A stretch of DNA of 64,000 bases, from assembly GCA_038871515.1 (NCBI GenBank), contig JAVZHX010000001.1, positions 288,001 through 352,000 on the forward strand, read 5' to 3'. The notes under the pieces were generated by a model. That model did no database searches. It was given only the letters and a program-made list of their open reading frames with translations, and was not told the DNA's origin. Below are positions 9,578 to 19,744 of this stretch, piece after piece. Made by a program: the position numbers and the translations under genes. Origin of the DNA: Candidatus Micrarchaeia archaeon. Its GTDB lineage: Archaea; Micrarchaeota; Micrarchaeia; Burarchaeales; Fermentimicrarchaeaceae. Numbering within the stretch: position 1 is the stretch's first letter; every line of letters starts with the position of its first letter.

Positions 9578-9676
9578 TTTACCTCCGAGTTAGTTTAAGA
9601 GGGCAAATTATTAAAAAATATCAGCTTGTATGGACAGTAATAAATATTTTCCTTGCAAATAGATAATGGGGAGTGA

Positions 9677-11593
9677 ATGGAAAAGTTTGATTACAAAACT
9701 ACCGAGGAGATTAAAGTTCCTGAGAAACTGATAGACCAAGTTATAGGACAGGATAGGGCAGTTGCGATAATAAAGAAAGCTGCGAAACAGAGGAGAAACA
9801 TTCTTTTGATGGGTTCCCCTGGAACCGGAAAGTCAATGCTTGCCCAGGCGATGGCAGAGCTTATGCCAGCAGAGGAGTTAGAGGATGTGCTTGTCTACCC
9901 AAACCCAATTGATGAAAACATGCCTCTTGTAAGAGTTGTGAAAACATACCCAAAGGATAGAAAGCTTCCCCCAGGAGCGCCAGACATTGGGGAGGGGAGG
10001 AGAATAATTGAGGAAGTTAGGATGAGGAGGGTTACTGGTGGAGGTGGTTTATCCCCATCCTTCCTCATACTCAGCATACTTGTTCTTTTACTTATTTACC
10101 TTGCATTCTCAGGAGTGATTGAGGGTGAGAATAAATGGATTATTGCGGCTGCGGTGCTCGGTTTGTTTGTTTTTGGGGCTGCGATGGTTCTTGCCTCAGG
10201 CGTTTCAAGAAGAGTTGGAGTGTTTGAAAGCACCGAGCCGAAGTTGATAGTTGATAACTCCGGGAAGAAAACTGCCCCTTTTGTTGATGCAACAGGCGCG
10301 AAAGCAGGCGCGCTTTTTGGAGACGTGAAGCACGATCCTTTGCAGTCCGGGGGGCTCGGTACTCCTCCTCATTTAAGGGTGGAAGCAGGGGCGATTCACA
10401 GAAGCAACAAAGGAGTTTTGTTCGTTGATGAAATATCTTCTCTGGGACCGAAATCGCAGCAGGAGCTTCTCACAGCAATGCAAGAGAAGAAATACCCAAT
10501 AACTGGGCAGAGCGAGCTGAGCAGTGGCGCAATTGTGAAAACAGAGCCAGTTCCAGCTGACTTCGTGCTTGTTGCGGCTGGCAATCTAATTGATATTCAG
10601 AAAATGCATCCAGCGCTGCGCTCAAGGATACGCGGTTACGGTTATGAGATATATATGGACGACACAATGCCTGATAATGAGGAGAACAGATGGAAGCTTG
10701 TGAGGTTTGTTGCACAGGAAGTTAAGAAGGATGGCAAAATACCTCACTTCACAAAAGAAGCTGTAGATGAAATTATAGAGGAGGCAAGAAGGAAAGCTGG
10801 GAGAAAAAACAGGTTGAGTTTGAGGTTCAGGGAGCTTGGCGGTTTGGTGAGGGCTGCAGGAGATATTGCAAGGGAGCAAGGAGCAAAATACGTTGAACTT
10901 AAACACGTGCTTGAAGCAAAAGGAGTTGCAAGAACTCTTGAGCAGCAGGTTTCCCAGCAGGTGATTGACTTAAGGAAGGATTACAGGGTTTTTCTGAACA
11001 GAGGTTACGCAGTTGGAAAGGTGAATGGGCTTGCGGTTATGGGAGACGGTTCCTCTGGAATAATAATGCCAATAGTTGCGGAGGTTACTCCTGCTTCATC
11101 AAAAAGTGAGGGAAAGTTAATTGCAACAGGCAAGCTTGGCAAGATAGCGAAGGAGGCTGTTGAAAACGTAAGCGCGATAATAAAGAAGCACATCGGCAAA
11201 GATGTATCGCAGTATGATATTCACGTGCAGTTCCTTCAAACCTATGAGGGAGTTGAGGGGGACAGCGCCAGCATATCAATCGCGCTTGCTGTCATGTCTG
11301 CAATGGAGGGAGTTGCTGTTGACCAGAGCGTTGCAATGACTGGCTCATTAAGTGTGAGGGGTGAGGTGCTTCCAGTTGGAGGGGTGACTGCAAAGATAGA
11401 GGCAGCTATAGATGCAGGAATGAAAAAAGTGATAATCCCAAAGGCAAATGAGGAGGATGTTTACCTTGGAAAAAGAAGGGGAAAAATAAAAATTGTCACA
11501 GCAAACAACATAATTGATGTCCTCCAGGAATCGCTGAAGAGAGGAAGTAAAAAAGAAAAGTTGATTGAGAAGGTGAGGGGAATTATAAGCTGA
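9677..11593 (+). CDS. lonB: Membrane-bound ATP-dependent protease LonB
   Basis: Walker A GSPGTGKS, two TM helices, LFVDEI, catalytic EGDSAS and KIEAA. Confidence 0.95.
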   Translation: MEKFDYKTTEEIKVPEKLIDQVIGQDRAVAIIKKAAKQRRNILLMGSPGTGKSMLAQAMAELMPAEELEDVLVYPNPIDENMPLVRVVKTYPKDRKLPPGAPDIGEGRRIIEEVRMRRVTGGGGLSPSFLILSILVLLLIYLAFSGVIEGENKWIIAAAVLGLFVFGAAMVLASGVSRRVGVFESTEPKLIVDNSGKKTAPFVDATGAKAGALFGDVKHDPLQSGGLGTPPHLRVEAGAIHRSNKGVLFVDEISSLGPKSQQELLTAMQEKKYPITGQSELSSGAIVKTEPVPADFVLVAAGNLIDIQKMHPALRSRIRGYGYEIYMDDTMPDNEENRWKLVRFVAQEVKKDGKIPHFTKEAVDEIIEEARRKAGRKNRLSLRFRELGGLVRAAGDIAREQGAKYVELKHVLEAKGVARTLEQQVSQQVIDLRKDYRVFLNRGYAVGKVNGLAVMGDGSSGIIMPIVAEVTPASSKSEGKLIATGKLGKIAKEAVENVSAIIKKHIGKDVSQYDIHVQFLQTYEGVEGDSASISIALAVMSAMEGVAVDQSVAMTGSLSVRGEVLPVGGVTAKIEAAIDAGMKKVIIPKANEEDVYLGKRRGKIKIVTANNIIDVLQESLKRGSKKEKLIEKVRGIIS

Positions 11594-12814
11594 TTATTTT
11601 ATAAGAACCCTGTCACCAAGCTCAGATATTCTATCAAAATCAAAATCAATTCTATGCCCAAACGGAGTTTGAACAACAATTAGACTTCTTTTCCTATCAA
11701 CGCCAACTATCTTTCCGATATACGCGCCAAGCTCGGTGAGCACTTCTCTGTTTTCAAGCTTCATTGATGCAACCAAATCAATCTTTATTCTCTCCATTAT
11801 TTTCAAAGAGAGGAATGCGATGACTGTTCCGAAGATGAGAACGGTTACAAAATCAGAGAAATAAACCCTTGCAAGTATCCACTGGCAGGCAACTGTGAAA
11901 ACCGCCCAGAGAATGAACGTTGCAACTCCGTATAAACCATACTTCACAACTGCATACTTTCTCTTCTCATGCAGTAAATCAATTATTCTTCCAACAAGTA
12001 TTAATGAAACTGCCCAGGGAAGCAGGAGAAGCATCCTCAACAAAACATAAGCACCAAGCTTCAGCATCTCTGGCGTTTCATTCAAGCGTGTCAGAAACTC
12101 CTGGTATCCAAGCGCAAATGATATGAGGGTGAGGGGTAGCGCAGAGAGGTATAATATGAAGCTTATCTTCTCAACGGAGAAGCGCAAACCTGAGAAGGAG
12201 CGCACTATCGTTTCTTCAAGCCCAAACGCAAATGCAAGCAAACCCAACCCAACAACTATTCCTGCAAGCTTCCAACCGTAGCCAAGCGCCTCGCTTATCA
12301 CAAAAGTTAATATGAGCAAGGCAGGTATTCCAAAAATTATTCTCGCGTAGTGTGGCTCCTTTAACTTTTCAAGAAGCACAAAGTAGGTTTTCTCAAGCTC
12401 CTTTGCCTGCTTCATAACAACAAGCCTGACGGAGTCAATTTTAACTCTTGACTGAATTACTGGGATTATCTGCTCGTCGCTTGCCCCATCTGAAACGAAT
12501 ATGCAGGAATCTGCATGAAAGCTCCTCAACACCGAATCAAGCTGCTTTGCTATCTCCCTGTCAGCAAAATAACCCAGAGATTTATCACCTGTTAAAGTGA
12601 CAATTTCCGCATTGCTTTCCTTTGAGATTGAATCGTAAACTCTGACTGCTTCAAATATTGTGTTGGAGTCTGTTTCCTCCGGATCCTTTAAAGCAAGCTT
12701 TGTGGCTGCCTCTATGTTTGCTTCCTTCCCTATCACGGGACCGGTGATTTTTACTTTTTCGTACAAATCATTATCCCTGTCCACTGCGAGCACGAGCACT
12801 CTTTTCTTTGCCAT
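11594..12814 (-). CDS. DUF373 membrane protein with C-terminal PRC-barrel-like domain
   Basis: Start reassigned to MAKKRVLVLAVDRDNDL (12814); DPEETDSN, VSDGASDE, VVMKQAKELEKTY. Confidence 0.8.
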   Translation of the reverse strand: MAKKRVLVLAVDRDNDLYEKVKITGPVIGKEANIEAATKLALKDPEETDSNTIFEAVRVYDSISKESNAEIVTLTGDKSLGYFADREIAKQLDSVLRSFHADSCIFVSDGASDEQIIPVIQSRVKIDSVRLVVMKQAKELEKTYFVLLEKLKEPHYARIIFGIPALLILTFVISEALGYGWKLAGIVVGLGLLAFAFGLEETIVRSFSGLRFSVEKISFILYLSALPLTLISFALGYQEFLTRLNETPEMLKLGAYVLLRMLLLLPWAVSLILVGRIIDLLHEKRKYAVVKYGLYGVATFILWAVFTVACQWILARVYFSDFVTVLIFGTVIAFLSLKIMERIKIDLVASMKLENREVLTELGAYIGKIVGVDRKRSLIVVQTPFGHRIDFDFDRISELGDRVLIK

Positions 12815-12933
12815 CAAACCACAAAAATGATATGGGGGAGGGGGTATTATAATATTTGCCCAAAAACTTCTTAGGGGAATAGATTTAAAAATAAGTAACA
12901 ATATTAGTAGTAGGTGATTAATGAGGTGGTTGA

Positions 12934-13395
12934 ATGAGGAGAGCGCAGGCTGCAATTGAGTATTTGATTATTTTGGCAGTAGTTGTCATAATTGCCCTTA
13001 TCGTCATTGGGGTGATTGGTGGTTTCCCTGGCATGACGAGGGGAATTAGCGAGAGGGATAGCGCAGCATACTGGGCGGGAGCGGATATTGGGATAACTAG
13101 GTATTATTTGTCTAAAACTGCTGCGGCAAGTCAGCTCGTAATTAGGAATAACAGGTTGTTCCAGATAAATCTCACAAGTATAAAATTTGATGGCGGTAGC
13201 AACATACTCAATTACACAGATGGTGTTTTGATATCGCCAGGTTCCGCAGTGCTAGTTAACCTAACGGGCACCTCATGCGCGAATATTGGAGAAACAGTTA
13301 CGAAGAACGTTGAGATACAATACAAGGATGCAACGTATGGAGTGACGTATACGTTCACTGGCGAGAAACCGCTTGTTGGAACCTGCCAGGACTGA
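12934..13395 (+). CDS. Class III signal peptide (type IV pilin-like) protein
   Basis: MRRAQAAIEYL followed by a hydrophobic helix; SD GAGGTGG; T-rich tract downstream. Confidence 0.8.
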   Translation: MRRAQAAIEYLIILAVVVIIALIVIGVIGGFPGMTRGISERDSAAYWAGADIGITRYYLSKTAAASQLVIRNNRLFQINLTSIKFDGGSNILNYTDGVLISPGSAVLVNLTGTSCANIGETVTKNVEIQYKDATYGVTYTFTGEKPLVGTCQD

Positions 13396-13479
13396 TTTCT
13401 TTTTTTAATTTTTCATTTTTAAACGAATGTATTTAAAGATTTGATGAGAAATCATTCTGCTCATTTTGAGAGTGATAGG

Positions 13480-14034
13480 ATGGAGTTTGCAACGCCAGGC
13501 AAGTTTCTTGGCACGGAGGAGGAGTTTGTTGGGGGAGATGGAGTATACAGCGAGGGAGGAAAACTTCACGCCTTCTATGCGGGAGATATAATCCTGGATA
13601 AACAAAGGAGAATTTCAGTAAAAACAAAGTCAGTTCCAAGAATGGTGGAGCCAGGGATGATAGTTTACGGAAGAATTGAGGATATATTTGACCCAATTGC
13701 ATTGGTTAAGCTTGAGCTTGTTGAGGGGGTTGGGATGAGGCAGGCTCAGGGAGATTACTTCTGCGTGCTTCACGTATCAAACGTTAAAAGAGGTTATGTT
13801 AAGGAGTTAAGGGATGAGGTGAGAATTGGGGATATAATAAAGGCAGTTGTTTGCGAGGTGAAAAGGGGAGAAGCATACCTTGATATGAGGGGTGCAGATT
13901 TGGGAGTGATAAAAGCATTCTGCAGCAACTGCAGAAACCCGCTGCGCCTGAAAGATAGGCTGCTTGTCTGCGATGCATGTGGTAATAAAGAGAGCAGAAA
14001 GCTTTCAACTGAGTACTCCCTGAGGGAGAGGTGA
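13480..14034 (+). CDS. csl4: Exosome RNA-binding subunit Csl4
   Basis: MEFATPGKFLG, S1 domain, C-terminal CSNC...CDAC Zn ribbon; precedes rpoL. Confidence 0.9.
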   Translation: MEFATPGKFLGTEEEFVGGDGVYSEGGKLHAFYAGDIILDKQRRISVKTKSVPRMVEPGMIVYGRIEDIFDPIALVKLELVEGVGMRQAQGDYFCVLHVSNVKRGYVKELRDEVRIGDIIKAVVCEVKRGEAYLDMRGADLGVIKAFCSNCRNPLRLKDRLLVCDACGNKESRKLSTEYSLRER

Positions 14035-14038
14035 TTGT

Positions 14039-14305
14039 TTGAAAGTTAGAGTTTTGAAAAAGGAAAAAAACTTCATTGAGTTGGTGCTTGAGGGGGAGGA
14101 GCACAGCTTCCCAAACCTTCTGAGAGAAACGCTTCTTGAGGATGAGGATGTTGAGTTCGCTTCCTATGTTATTGACCACCCCCAGCTTGGCAACCCTCGC
14201 CTGATTGTGAGAACGAAGAAGAAAACACCTGAAGCAGCAATAAAGAACGCAGTTAAAAAAATTGAGAAGAAAGTAAGTGAGTTTGAGAAACTTTTGAAGA
14301 AATGA
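14039..14305 (+). CDS. rpoL: RNA polymerase subunit Rpo11 (RpoL)
   Basis: GEEHSFPNLL, VEFASYVIDHP. Confidence 0.93.
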   Translation: MKVRVLKKEKNFIELVLEGEEHSFPNLLRETLLEDEDVEFASYVIDHPQLGNPRLIVRTKKKTPEAAIKNAVKKIEKKVSEFEKLLKK

Positions 14306-14309
14306 TTAA

Positions 14310-14858
14310 ATGAAAGCTGGAGCAAGAGTGCTTGGAATTGATGACTCGCCGTTCACAGGAAAAACCACTAGAGTTCTTGTTATCGGAGTGGTTTGGAGGG
14401 AGGGAGTGATTGAGGGAGTTCTGAGCACATATATTAAAAAGGATGGGTTGGATAGCACAAAGAGGATTATTGAGATGGTAAAGAACTCTAAATTCTCCCA
14501 GCAGATAAGGTTGATTCTGCTGCACGGTGCAACGCTTGGTGGGTTCAATGTTGTTGATTTAAATGAACTGAACCGCGCGCTTTCAATTCCAGTAATTGCA
14601 GTTACAAGAAAGAAGCCGGATATGAGGAGGGTGAAAAGCGCTTTGAAAAATCTACCTTCGTGGGAGAGGAGAATAAGAATTCTTGAGTCTGCTGGCAAAG
14701 CGGTGAGATGCGGTAAGGTATACTGCCAAATTGCCGGGATAGAGGAGGGAGAGGTGAGGAAGTTGATTCTTTCTTTCAAAGGAATTCCTGAACCAGTTAG
14801 GCTTGCTCATCTAATAGGCTCTGGAGTTGTGAGAGGGGAATCTCATGGCAGAGTTTAA
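14310..14858 (+). CDS. DUF99 family protein (endonuclease V-like fold)
   Basis: RVLGIDDSPF, DGLDST, GGFNVVD, IPEPVRLAHLIG. Confidence 0.88.
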   Translation: MKAGARVLGIDDSPFTGKTTRVLVIGVVWREGVIEGVLSTYIKKDGLDSTKRIIEMVKNSKFSQQIRLILLHGATLGGFNVVDLNELNRALSIPVIAVTRKKPDMRRVKSALKNLPSWERRIRILESAGKAVRCGKVYCQIAGIEEGEVRKLILSFKGIPEPVRLAHLIGSGVVRGESHGRV

Positions 14859-15837
14859 GAAAATTGTAAGGGAGAATGCGGGTTATTTGGTAATTGCGGC
14901 CCTTCTCATTTTATACGTGTTAACGCACCTTTCCGTCGTTGCAGTGCTGTGCGCACTGGCGATAGTTGGTTTTTTCGTTTATGAAACTGTGGAGGGAGCA
15001 AGAAAAAGGGGGTGGAAGAAGGAGCTTGAGGAGATAGTTGTTGCAGTGCTTGTTGGCGTGCTCATCTGGTTTGGAGCTGGTTTCATACTCAATACCTCCT
15101 CGCCTCTTGACGCAGTTGTTTCTTGCAGCATGCTTCCCCACCTTGAAAGAGGCGATATGGTGGTGCTGAGAGGGAGTGAGGTAAAAGCCCCTAGCATTGA
15201 ATTAACTTCTTCTGAGTGGGAGGAAGTTAAAGGGAGAATGCACACCACATTTACATGTGGCCCGTGCGTAAAGCAAGGTGATTACACCCCGTATAACTTC
15301 TCCCTCTGCAGAAGCTGTGGCAACTCCTGCCTGATAGCAATTGATGGAAAACCTGTTTTCTCAGAGCAGAACGACACTCTTTTCAGCTATAACTACGGGC
15401 TGTGCACCCTGAAAGGAAAGGAGGAAGTTTTAAATTCAGTATGCGTGCGCTCTGTTACTATAAAGGGGGAGGAGTTTGAGGAGAATTTTGGGAATGATGT
15501 GATTGTTTACGAGCCTGAGCAGAACAGCGTTTTCCAGAGTTTAACGATACACCGAGTGCTTGTGAGGGTTTCTGTGGAGAGGAAGGAATACTATCTTACA
15601 AAGGGGGATAATAATGAAATTCTTGACGTGCAGGCACCCGGGTATGTGGTTAAAAGCGGAAATGAATGCAGGTTTTTCTCTGATTCAAGGAAGGAGAACA
15701 AGCCTGTTGAGAAGGGGAGGATACATGGAAGCGTGATTGCAAGAATTCCTTATTTGGGTTACTTGAAGCTGTTTCTGTGGGGTTACGTTGAGGTTCCACA
15801 AGGATGTGGGACGGTTATTGAAAAACACAACGCATAA
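14845..15837 (+). CDS. Signal peptidase I (S26, SEC11-like) with Cys-rich insertion
   Basis: VVSCSMLPHLERGD, IHRV, TKGDNN, IPYLGY. Confidence 0.85.
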   Translation: MAEFKKIVRENAGYLVIAALLILYVLTHLSVVAVLCALAIVGFFVYETVEGARKRGWKKELEEIVVAVLVGVLIWFGAGFILNTSSPLDAVVSCSMLPHLERGDMVVLRGSEVKAPSIELTSSEWEEVKGRMHTTFTCGPCVKQGDYTPYNFSLCRSCGNSCLIAIDGKPVFSEQNDTLFSYNYGLCTLKGKEEVLNSVCVRSVTIKGEEFEENFGNDVIVYEPEQNSVFQSLTIHRVLVRVSVERKEYYLTKGDNNEILDVQAPGYVVKSGNECRFFSDSRKENKPVEKGRIHGSVIARIPYLGYLKLFLWGYVEVPQGCGTVIEKHNA

Positions 15838-15875
15838 AAATGTAGAGGTGAAAACATATTCTAGAGGTGAAGTTG

Positions 15876-16619
15876 ATGGTGGAGATAGAAATTGAGGATG
15901 CTAAGTATTGGAAGAGCTGTGTTGATTCAATAGTTAACCTGATTGATGAGGGGAACTTTGAAATTGATGCTGATAAAATATCACTCCGGGCGATGGATCC
16001 TTCCCAGATAGCGATGGTGTGCTTCTCCATTCCAAAAAGCGCATTCAGCAAGTACAAGGTTGCTGGAGCAACAAGGATAGGGGTTAACTTTGACAGCATG
16101 AGCAAAATTCTTTCAAGGAGCAGGGGGCAGGAGAAGCTGAGGATGAGCGTTGAGGAGAATAAATTGGTTTTGGAGTTTGTTGGGGAGGGAAAGAGGAGTT
16201 TCAAGCTTCCACTTCTTGAGCTTCAGGAGGGAGTTCAAAAGGAGCCAAAAATAGATTTTGACTCGGTTGTTAAAATAAAAGCAGGCCAGTTCAAGGAAAT
16301 ACTTGGAGATGCAGCGTTGTTGAGTTCTCACGTTGTGCTTGAGGCAACTGGCAAGGGATTTTTTGTTGAGGTGCACGGTGATTCAGGAGATTTGAGGGTG
16401 GAGAGGGAGAAAACTGGTGAAGCAACTTTAAGCGTTGAGGTGAAGAAGGATTCAAGAGCGACATTCCCACTCCAATTCCTTGGTGATATGGTTAAAGCAT
16501 GCCCTGATAATGAAACTGTTTCCCTTCATTTAAAAACAAATTCACCAATAAAAGTGGAGTATAGCATTGGGGAGGCGAAGCTTGTTTACTACCTAGCTCC
16601 AAGAATAGAGACAATCTAG
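15876..16619 (+). CDS. pcn: DNA sliding clamp PCNA
   Basis: LRAMDPSQIAMV and C-terminal YYLAPRIE. Confidence 0.96.
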   Translation: MVEIEIEDAKYWKSCVDSIVNLIDEGNFEIDADKISLRAMDPSQIAMVCFSIPKSAFSKYKVAGATRIGVNFDSMSKILSRSRGQEKLRMSVEENKLVLEFVGEGKRSFKLPLLELQEGVQKEPKIDFDSVVKIKAGQFKEILGDAALLSSHVVLEATGKGFFVEVHGDSGDLRVEREKTGEATLSVEVKKDSRATFPLQFLGDMVKACPDNETVSLHLKTNSPIKVEYSIGEAKLVYYLAPRIETI

Positions 16620-16676
16620 TTAAGAACTATTTTATATTTTAGCTGAGAAATCCATCCTACTGCAAATGCTATTTGA

Positions 16677-17639
16677 GTGATTAGGATGGAGCTTGCATTC
16701 TGCAGCAAATACCCATTCACTAAGGAGGCGAAGGAGTTGGTTAGCTCCGCAAAGGTGAGCGATGAGTTCAGGCTTGTTGAGATGGGAAAAGAGAGAGTTG
16801 CGCGAGCAATAAAGGACGGGGTTATACCAACAGTGAATTTTGAGCTTGATGAATCACAGATTCTTCTTCAGGTTACTTCATATGCGATAAGCAGAATGAT
16901 TGTTTCCATACTTGGAAGCAGGTATTACATAAACAGATACTCGGTTGCAGAGGCGAAGAGAGCAGGAAGGTATTTGGAGGGGGACACTGATGAGAATGTG
17001 CTGAGGGTGGCACGCGAGCTTGGAATTGAGTGCGAGATTGATGGCGACTACTCGGTGGGGTTTGAGAAGTATCTAAAATATGCGCCAAAATCTGTTGATT
17101 ACAAGCTTGTCAACAGAAAGTTGAAGGGAGGGGTGGTGAAGCTGAAGAGAAGCGAGTTCATCAGGTTGATTGAAGAGGCGGTGAAGATGAAAATTGAGTC
17201 GGAGCTGCCCCTCAGAGTTGAGAATGTGCCAGCGAATATAAGGAAAGCAGCTGAATCTGTTAGGGCAAGCATCCCAAAGGAGCCAGTTCCGGCAAAAATC
17301 GCTCAAAAAGGCGATTTTCCACCATGCATAAAAAAACTGCTGGATGATTTGAAAACTGTTGAGAATTTGGGGCATACTGCGAGGTGGGCTTTGGCAGTCT
17401 ATCTTCTCAACAGCGGGATGAGTGTTGATGAGGTGGTGAGAATTTTCTCAACGTCTCCTGATTTTGATGAGAGAGTCACGCGGTATCAGGTTGAGCATGC
17501 GCAGAAAAGAGGTTATAAAATGCCAAGCTGCGCAAGCATGGATTCAAATGGGTTGTGCGTTGCAAACTGCGGGGTGAAAAACCCACTTAGCTATAGGAGG
17601 GGAGTTGTTGGAGTTACAGCTGAGGGTGAAAAACCCTGA
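16677..17639 (+). CDS. priL: DNA primase large subunit
   Basis: KYPF, FPPCI, LGHTARW, PDFDERVTRYQVEH, C-terminal Cys ligands and NPLSY. Confidence 0.93.
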   Translation: MIRMELAFCSKYPFTKEAKELVSSAKVSDEFRLVEMGKERVARAIKDGVIPTVNFELDESQILLQVTSYAISRMIVSILGSRYYINRYSVAEAKRAGRYLEGDTDENVLRVARELGIECEIDGDYSVGFEKYLKYAPKSVDYKLVNRKLKGGVVKLKRSEFIRLIEEAVKMKIESELPLRVENVPANIRKAAESVRASIPKEPVPAKIAQKGDFPPCIKKLLDDLKTVENLGHTARWALAVYLLNSGMSVDEVVRIFSTSPDFDERVTRYQVEHAQKRGYKMPSCASMDSNGLCVANCGVKNPLSYRRGVVGVTAEGEKP

Positions 17640-18774
17640 AGAGGATTATGCAAGAAGTAAATTCAGGCAGTATTACGAGAGGAATGAGATTAAACCTCCA
17701 GAGCAGATTGAGAAAAGGGAGTGGGGTTTTGGTGGGTGGGAGAAGAAAATAGAGGTGAGGCACCTTCAGATAGCCAGTAAGGATGAGCTTAAGAGCAGGC
17801 TTGTGAGGGATGCTCCTCTCTTTGTCTCGTATTCAACTGCGTATTACGAGTTTCCTGACATGCGCCCAATGGAAAAGAAGAATTGGCAAGGTGCGGATTT
17901 GGTTTTTGATTTGGATTCGGATCATTTGGAAGTGCCGTGCAAGAAAACTCACGGAAGCAAGTGGGTATGCGATAGCTGTCTTGAAAAGGTAAAGGAGGAA
18001 ACGGTTAGGTTGATTGAGCAGTTTTTAATTCCTGACTTTGGCTTCTCAAAGAAGGAAATTGAGGTGAACTTCTCTGGGAATAGGGGGTATCATGTGCACG
18101 TGAAAAAGGAATCCGTCAGGGAGCTTGGGGGGTATGCGAGAAGGGAGATTGTGGATTATTTGAGTGGCACGGGAGTGGATTTTGAAGCAGTTGGCTTCAC
18201 TTACGAAATGGTATCTGAGAGAAGGGAGAGAAAACTTGTTGGGCCAAAACCAAGCGATGCTGGTTGGGCAGGGAGAATTGCAAGGTTTGTTAGGGAGGCT
18301 GCTGTGGAGGGAAAGCTTGGGGAGGTTGGGGTGGAGGAGAGGGATGCGAGAAAAATTTACAAAAGAGTTGGGGAGTTCGCGCGTTTAATTGAGCAGGGGA
18401 ATTGGGATGCGGTGAAAATTCAGAATAAGGATAAGTTTTGGAGAGGAGTTGTTGGAAGGTTGGGGGTGAAGCTGGGTGATAGAATAGATCAGAACGTTAC
18501 TGCGGATGCGACAAAGCTGATACGCCTTCCAGACAGCCTGCACGGGGAAAGTGGGCTTGTTGCGAGGAGAGTTGGAAGTATTGATTCCTTCGATCCTTTG
18601 AAGGATGCAGTTGTTTTCGGTGAGCAACCAGTAAGGATTAAAATTAGGAATGCACCTGAATTTAGGTTGGGTGAACAAACCTTCGGCCCATTCAGGAATG
18701 AGGAGAGGGAGCTGCCGGAGAGAGCAGCTTTATTCCTGATTTGCAAGAAGGAGGCAGTTTTATGGAAGAGCTGA
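17605..18774 (+). CDS. priS: DNA primase small subunit (start may be GTG at 17626)
   Basis: DLVFDLDSD, FSGNRGYH, D..VT.D..KLIRLPDSLHG. Confidence 0.95.
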   Translation: MLELQLRVKNPEEDYARSKFRQYYERNEIKPPEQIEKREWGFGGWEKKIEVRHLQIASKDELKSRLVRDAPLFVSYSTAYYEFPDMRPMEKKNWQGADLVFDLDSDHLEVPCKKTHGSKWVCDSCLEKVKEETVRLIEQFLIPDFGFSKKEIEVNFSGNRGYHVHVKKESVRELGGYARREIVDYLSGTGVDFEAVGFTYEMVSERRERKLVGPKPSDAGWAGRIARFVREAAVEGKLGEVGVEERDARKIYKRVGEFARLIEQGNWDAVKIQNKDKFWRGVVGRLGVKLGDRIDQNVTADATKLIRLPDSLHGESGLVARRVGSIDSFDPLKDAVVFGEQPVRIKIRNAPEFRLGEQTFGPFRNEERELPERAALFLICKKEAVLWKS

Positions 18775-19304
18775 CGTATGAGGAATTGAGAAGAATTCAG
18801 GCTAGGGAGAGGGCGAGCCCAGTTCTTCAGAGCTTGCCTCAGGGTTTTTACAAAGCTGTGGGGAAGTTGATTGAAAAAAAGAACAGCTCCCTTAAAAGTA
18901 ACTTCAGTTTAACAGAAGCAAAGGAATATGAAAATATACTAAAAGTTATTGAGGATATTTATGAGAGGAGGAAGCAGAAGATAGTGATGAAAGCGATGAG
19001 GAGCGGGGAGGAGGGCGCTTTGGCTGAGGAGGAGAAGGAGTTCTTCAGCAAGATTCGCAAGGTGATTGAGGAGGAAGCTGAGAGTTTTAAAAAGAATATT
19101 GGAGTTGTTGAGGGGGAGAGGGAAAGTATTAAAAGAATTAAAATTTTAAAACACCTTCCCAAGTTCGTTGGAAGCGATTTGAAGGTTTATGGTCCTTTTG
19201 AGGAGGGGGCAAGCGTTGAGCTGCCTGAGAGAGAGGCGCAGCTTCTTGTGAGGAGAGGAGTTGCGGAGTATACAGGAGGTGTCAAGGATGAAGTTCCCAA
19301 ATGA
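18762..19304 (+). CDS. GINS complex subunit (Gins51-like)
   Basis: Position after priS; R.QKIV, C-terminal PKFVGSDLKVYGPF B-domain. Confidence 0.85.
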   Translation: MEELTYEELRRIQARERASPVLQSLPQGFYKAVGKLIEKKNSSLKSNFSLTEAKEYENILKVIEDIYERRKQKIVMKAMRSGEEGALAEEEKEFFSKIRKVIEEEAESFKKNIGVVEGERESIKRIKILKHLPKFVGSDLKVYGPFEEGASVELPEREAQLLVRRGVAEYTGGVKDEVPK

Positions 19305-19569
19305 AATAAACACATACTGCCCAAAGTGCAGAAAGAAAACGAAGCATAAGGTAAAAGTTGCTTCAAAAGGAAGAGCAAGGAGCATGGCTTGGGGTAACAG
19401 ACAGCACGAGAGAAAGATAAAGGGGTATGTTGGAAAGGTTGCTGGTGAGAAGCCAGTTAGAAAGCAGGGGAAGAAGCAGAAATTAATTTTGGAGTGCACT
19501 GTCTGCAAGAAGAAGCAGGAGAGAATTGTTGGGAAGAGGACAAAGAAGAAAATTGAAGTTAAGGCTTGA
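19288..19569 (+). CDS. rpl44e: 50S ribosomal protein L44e
   Basis: MKFP...TYCPKCRKKTKHKV...LECTVC. Confidence 0.93.
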   Translation: MKFPNEINTYCPKCRKKTKHKVKVASKGRARSMAWGNRQHERKIKGYVGKVAGEKPVRKQGKKQKLILECTVCKKKQERIVGKRTKKKIEVKA

Positions 19570-19578
19570 GGTGTTTCC

Positions 19579-19740
19579 ATGAGCAAATTTTTAAGGGTGA
19601 AGTGCGAGTGCGGAAATGAGCAGAATATTTTTGGGAATGCAAGCAGCGTTATTAAATGCCTTGTGTGCAACAGAACGCTGGCTGAGCCAACTGGCTCAAG
19701 GGTGAAGGTGCACGGAAAAGTTGTGAAAGTGATGGGTTGA
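19579..19740 (+). CDS. rps27e: 30S ribosomal protein S27e
   Basis: Manual translation MSKFLRVKCECGNEQNIFGNASSVIKCLVCNRTLAEPTGSRVKV. Confidence 0.93.
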   Translation: MSKFLRVKCECGNEQNIFGNASSVIKCLVCNRTLAEPTGSRVKVHGKVVKVMG

Positions 19741-19744
19741 GCGC

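Noticed and set aside
12815..12955. N-terminal extension of the DUF373 ORF
   Set aside because: Crosses the divergent promoter and overlaps the pilin gene; family similarity begins at MAKKRV (12814)
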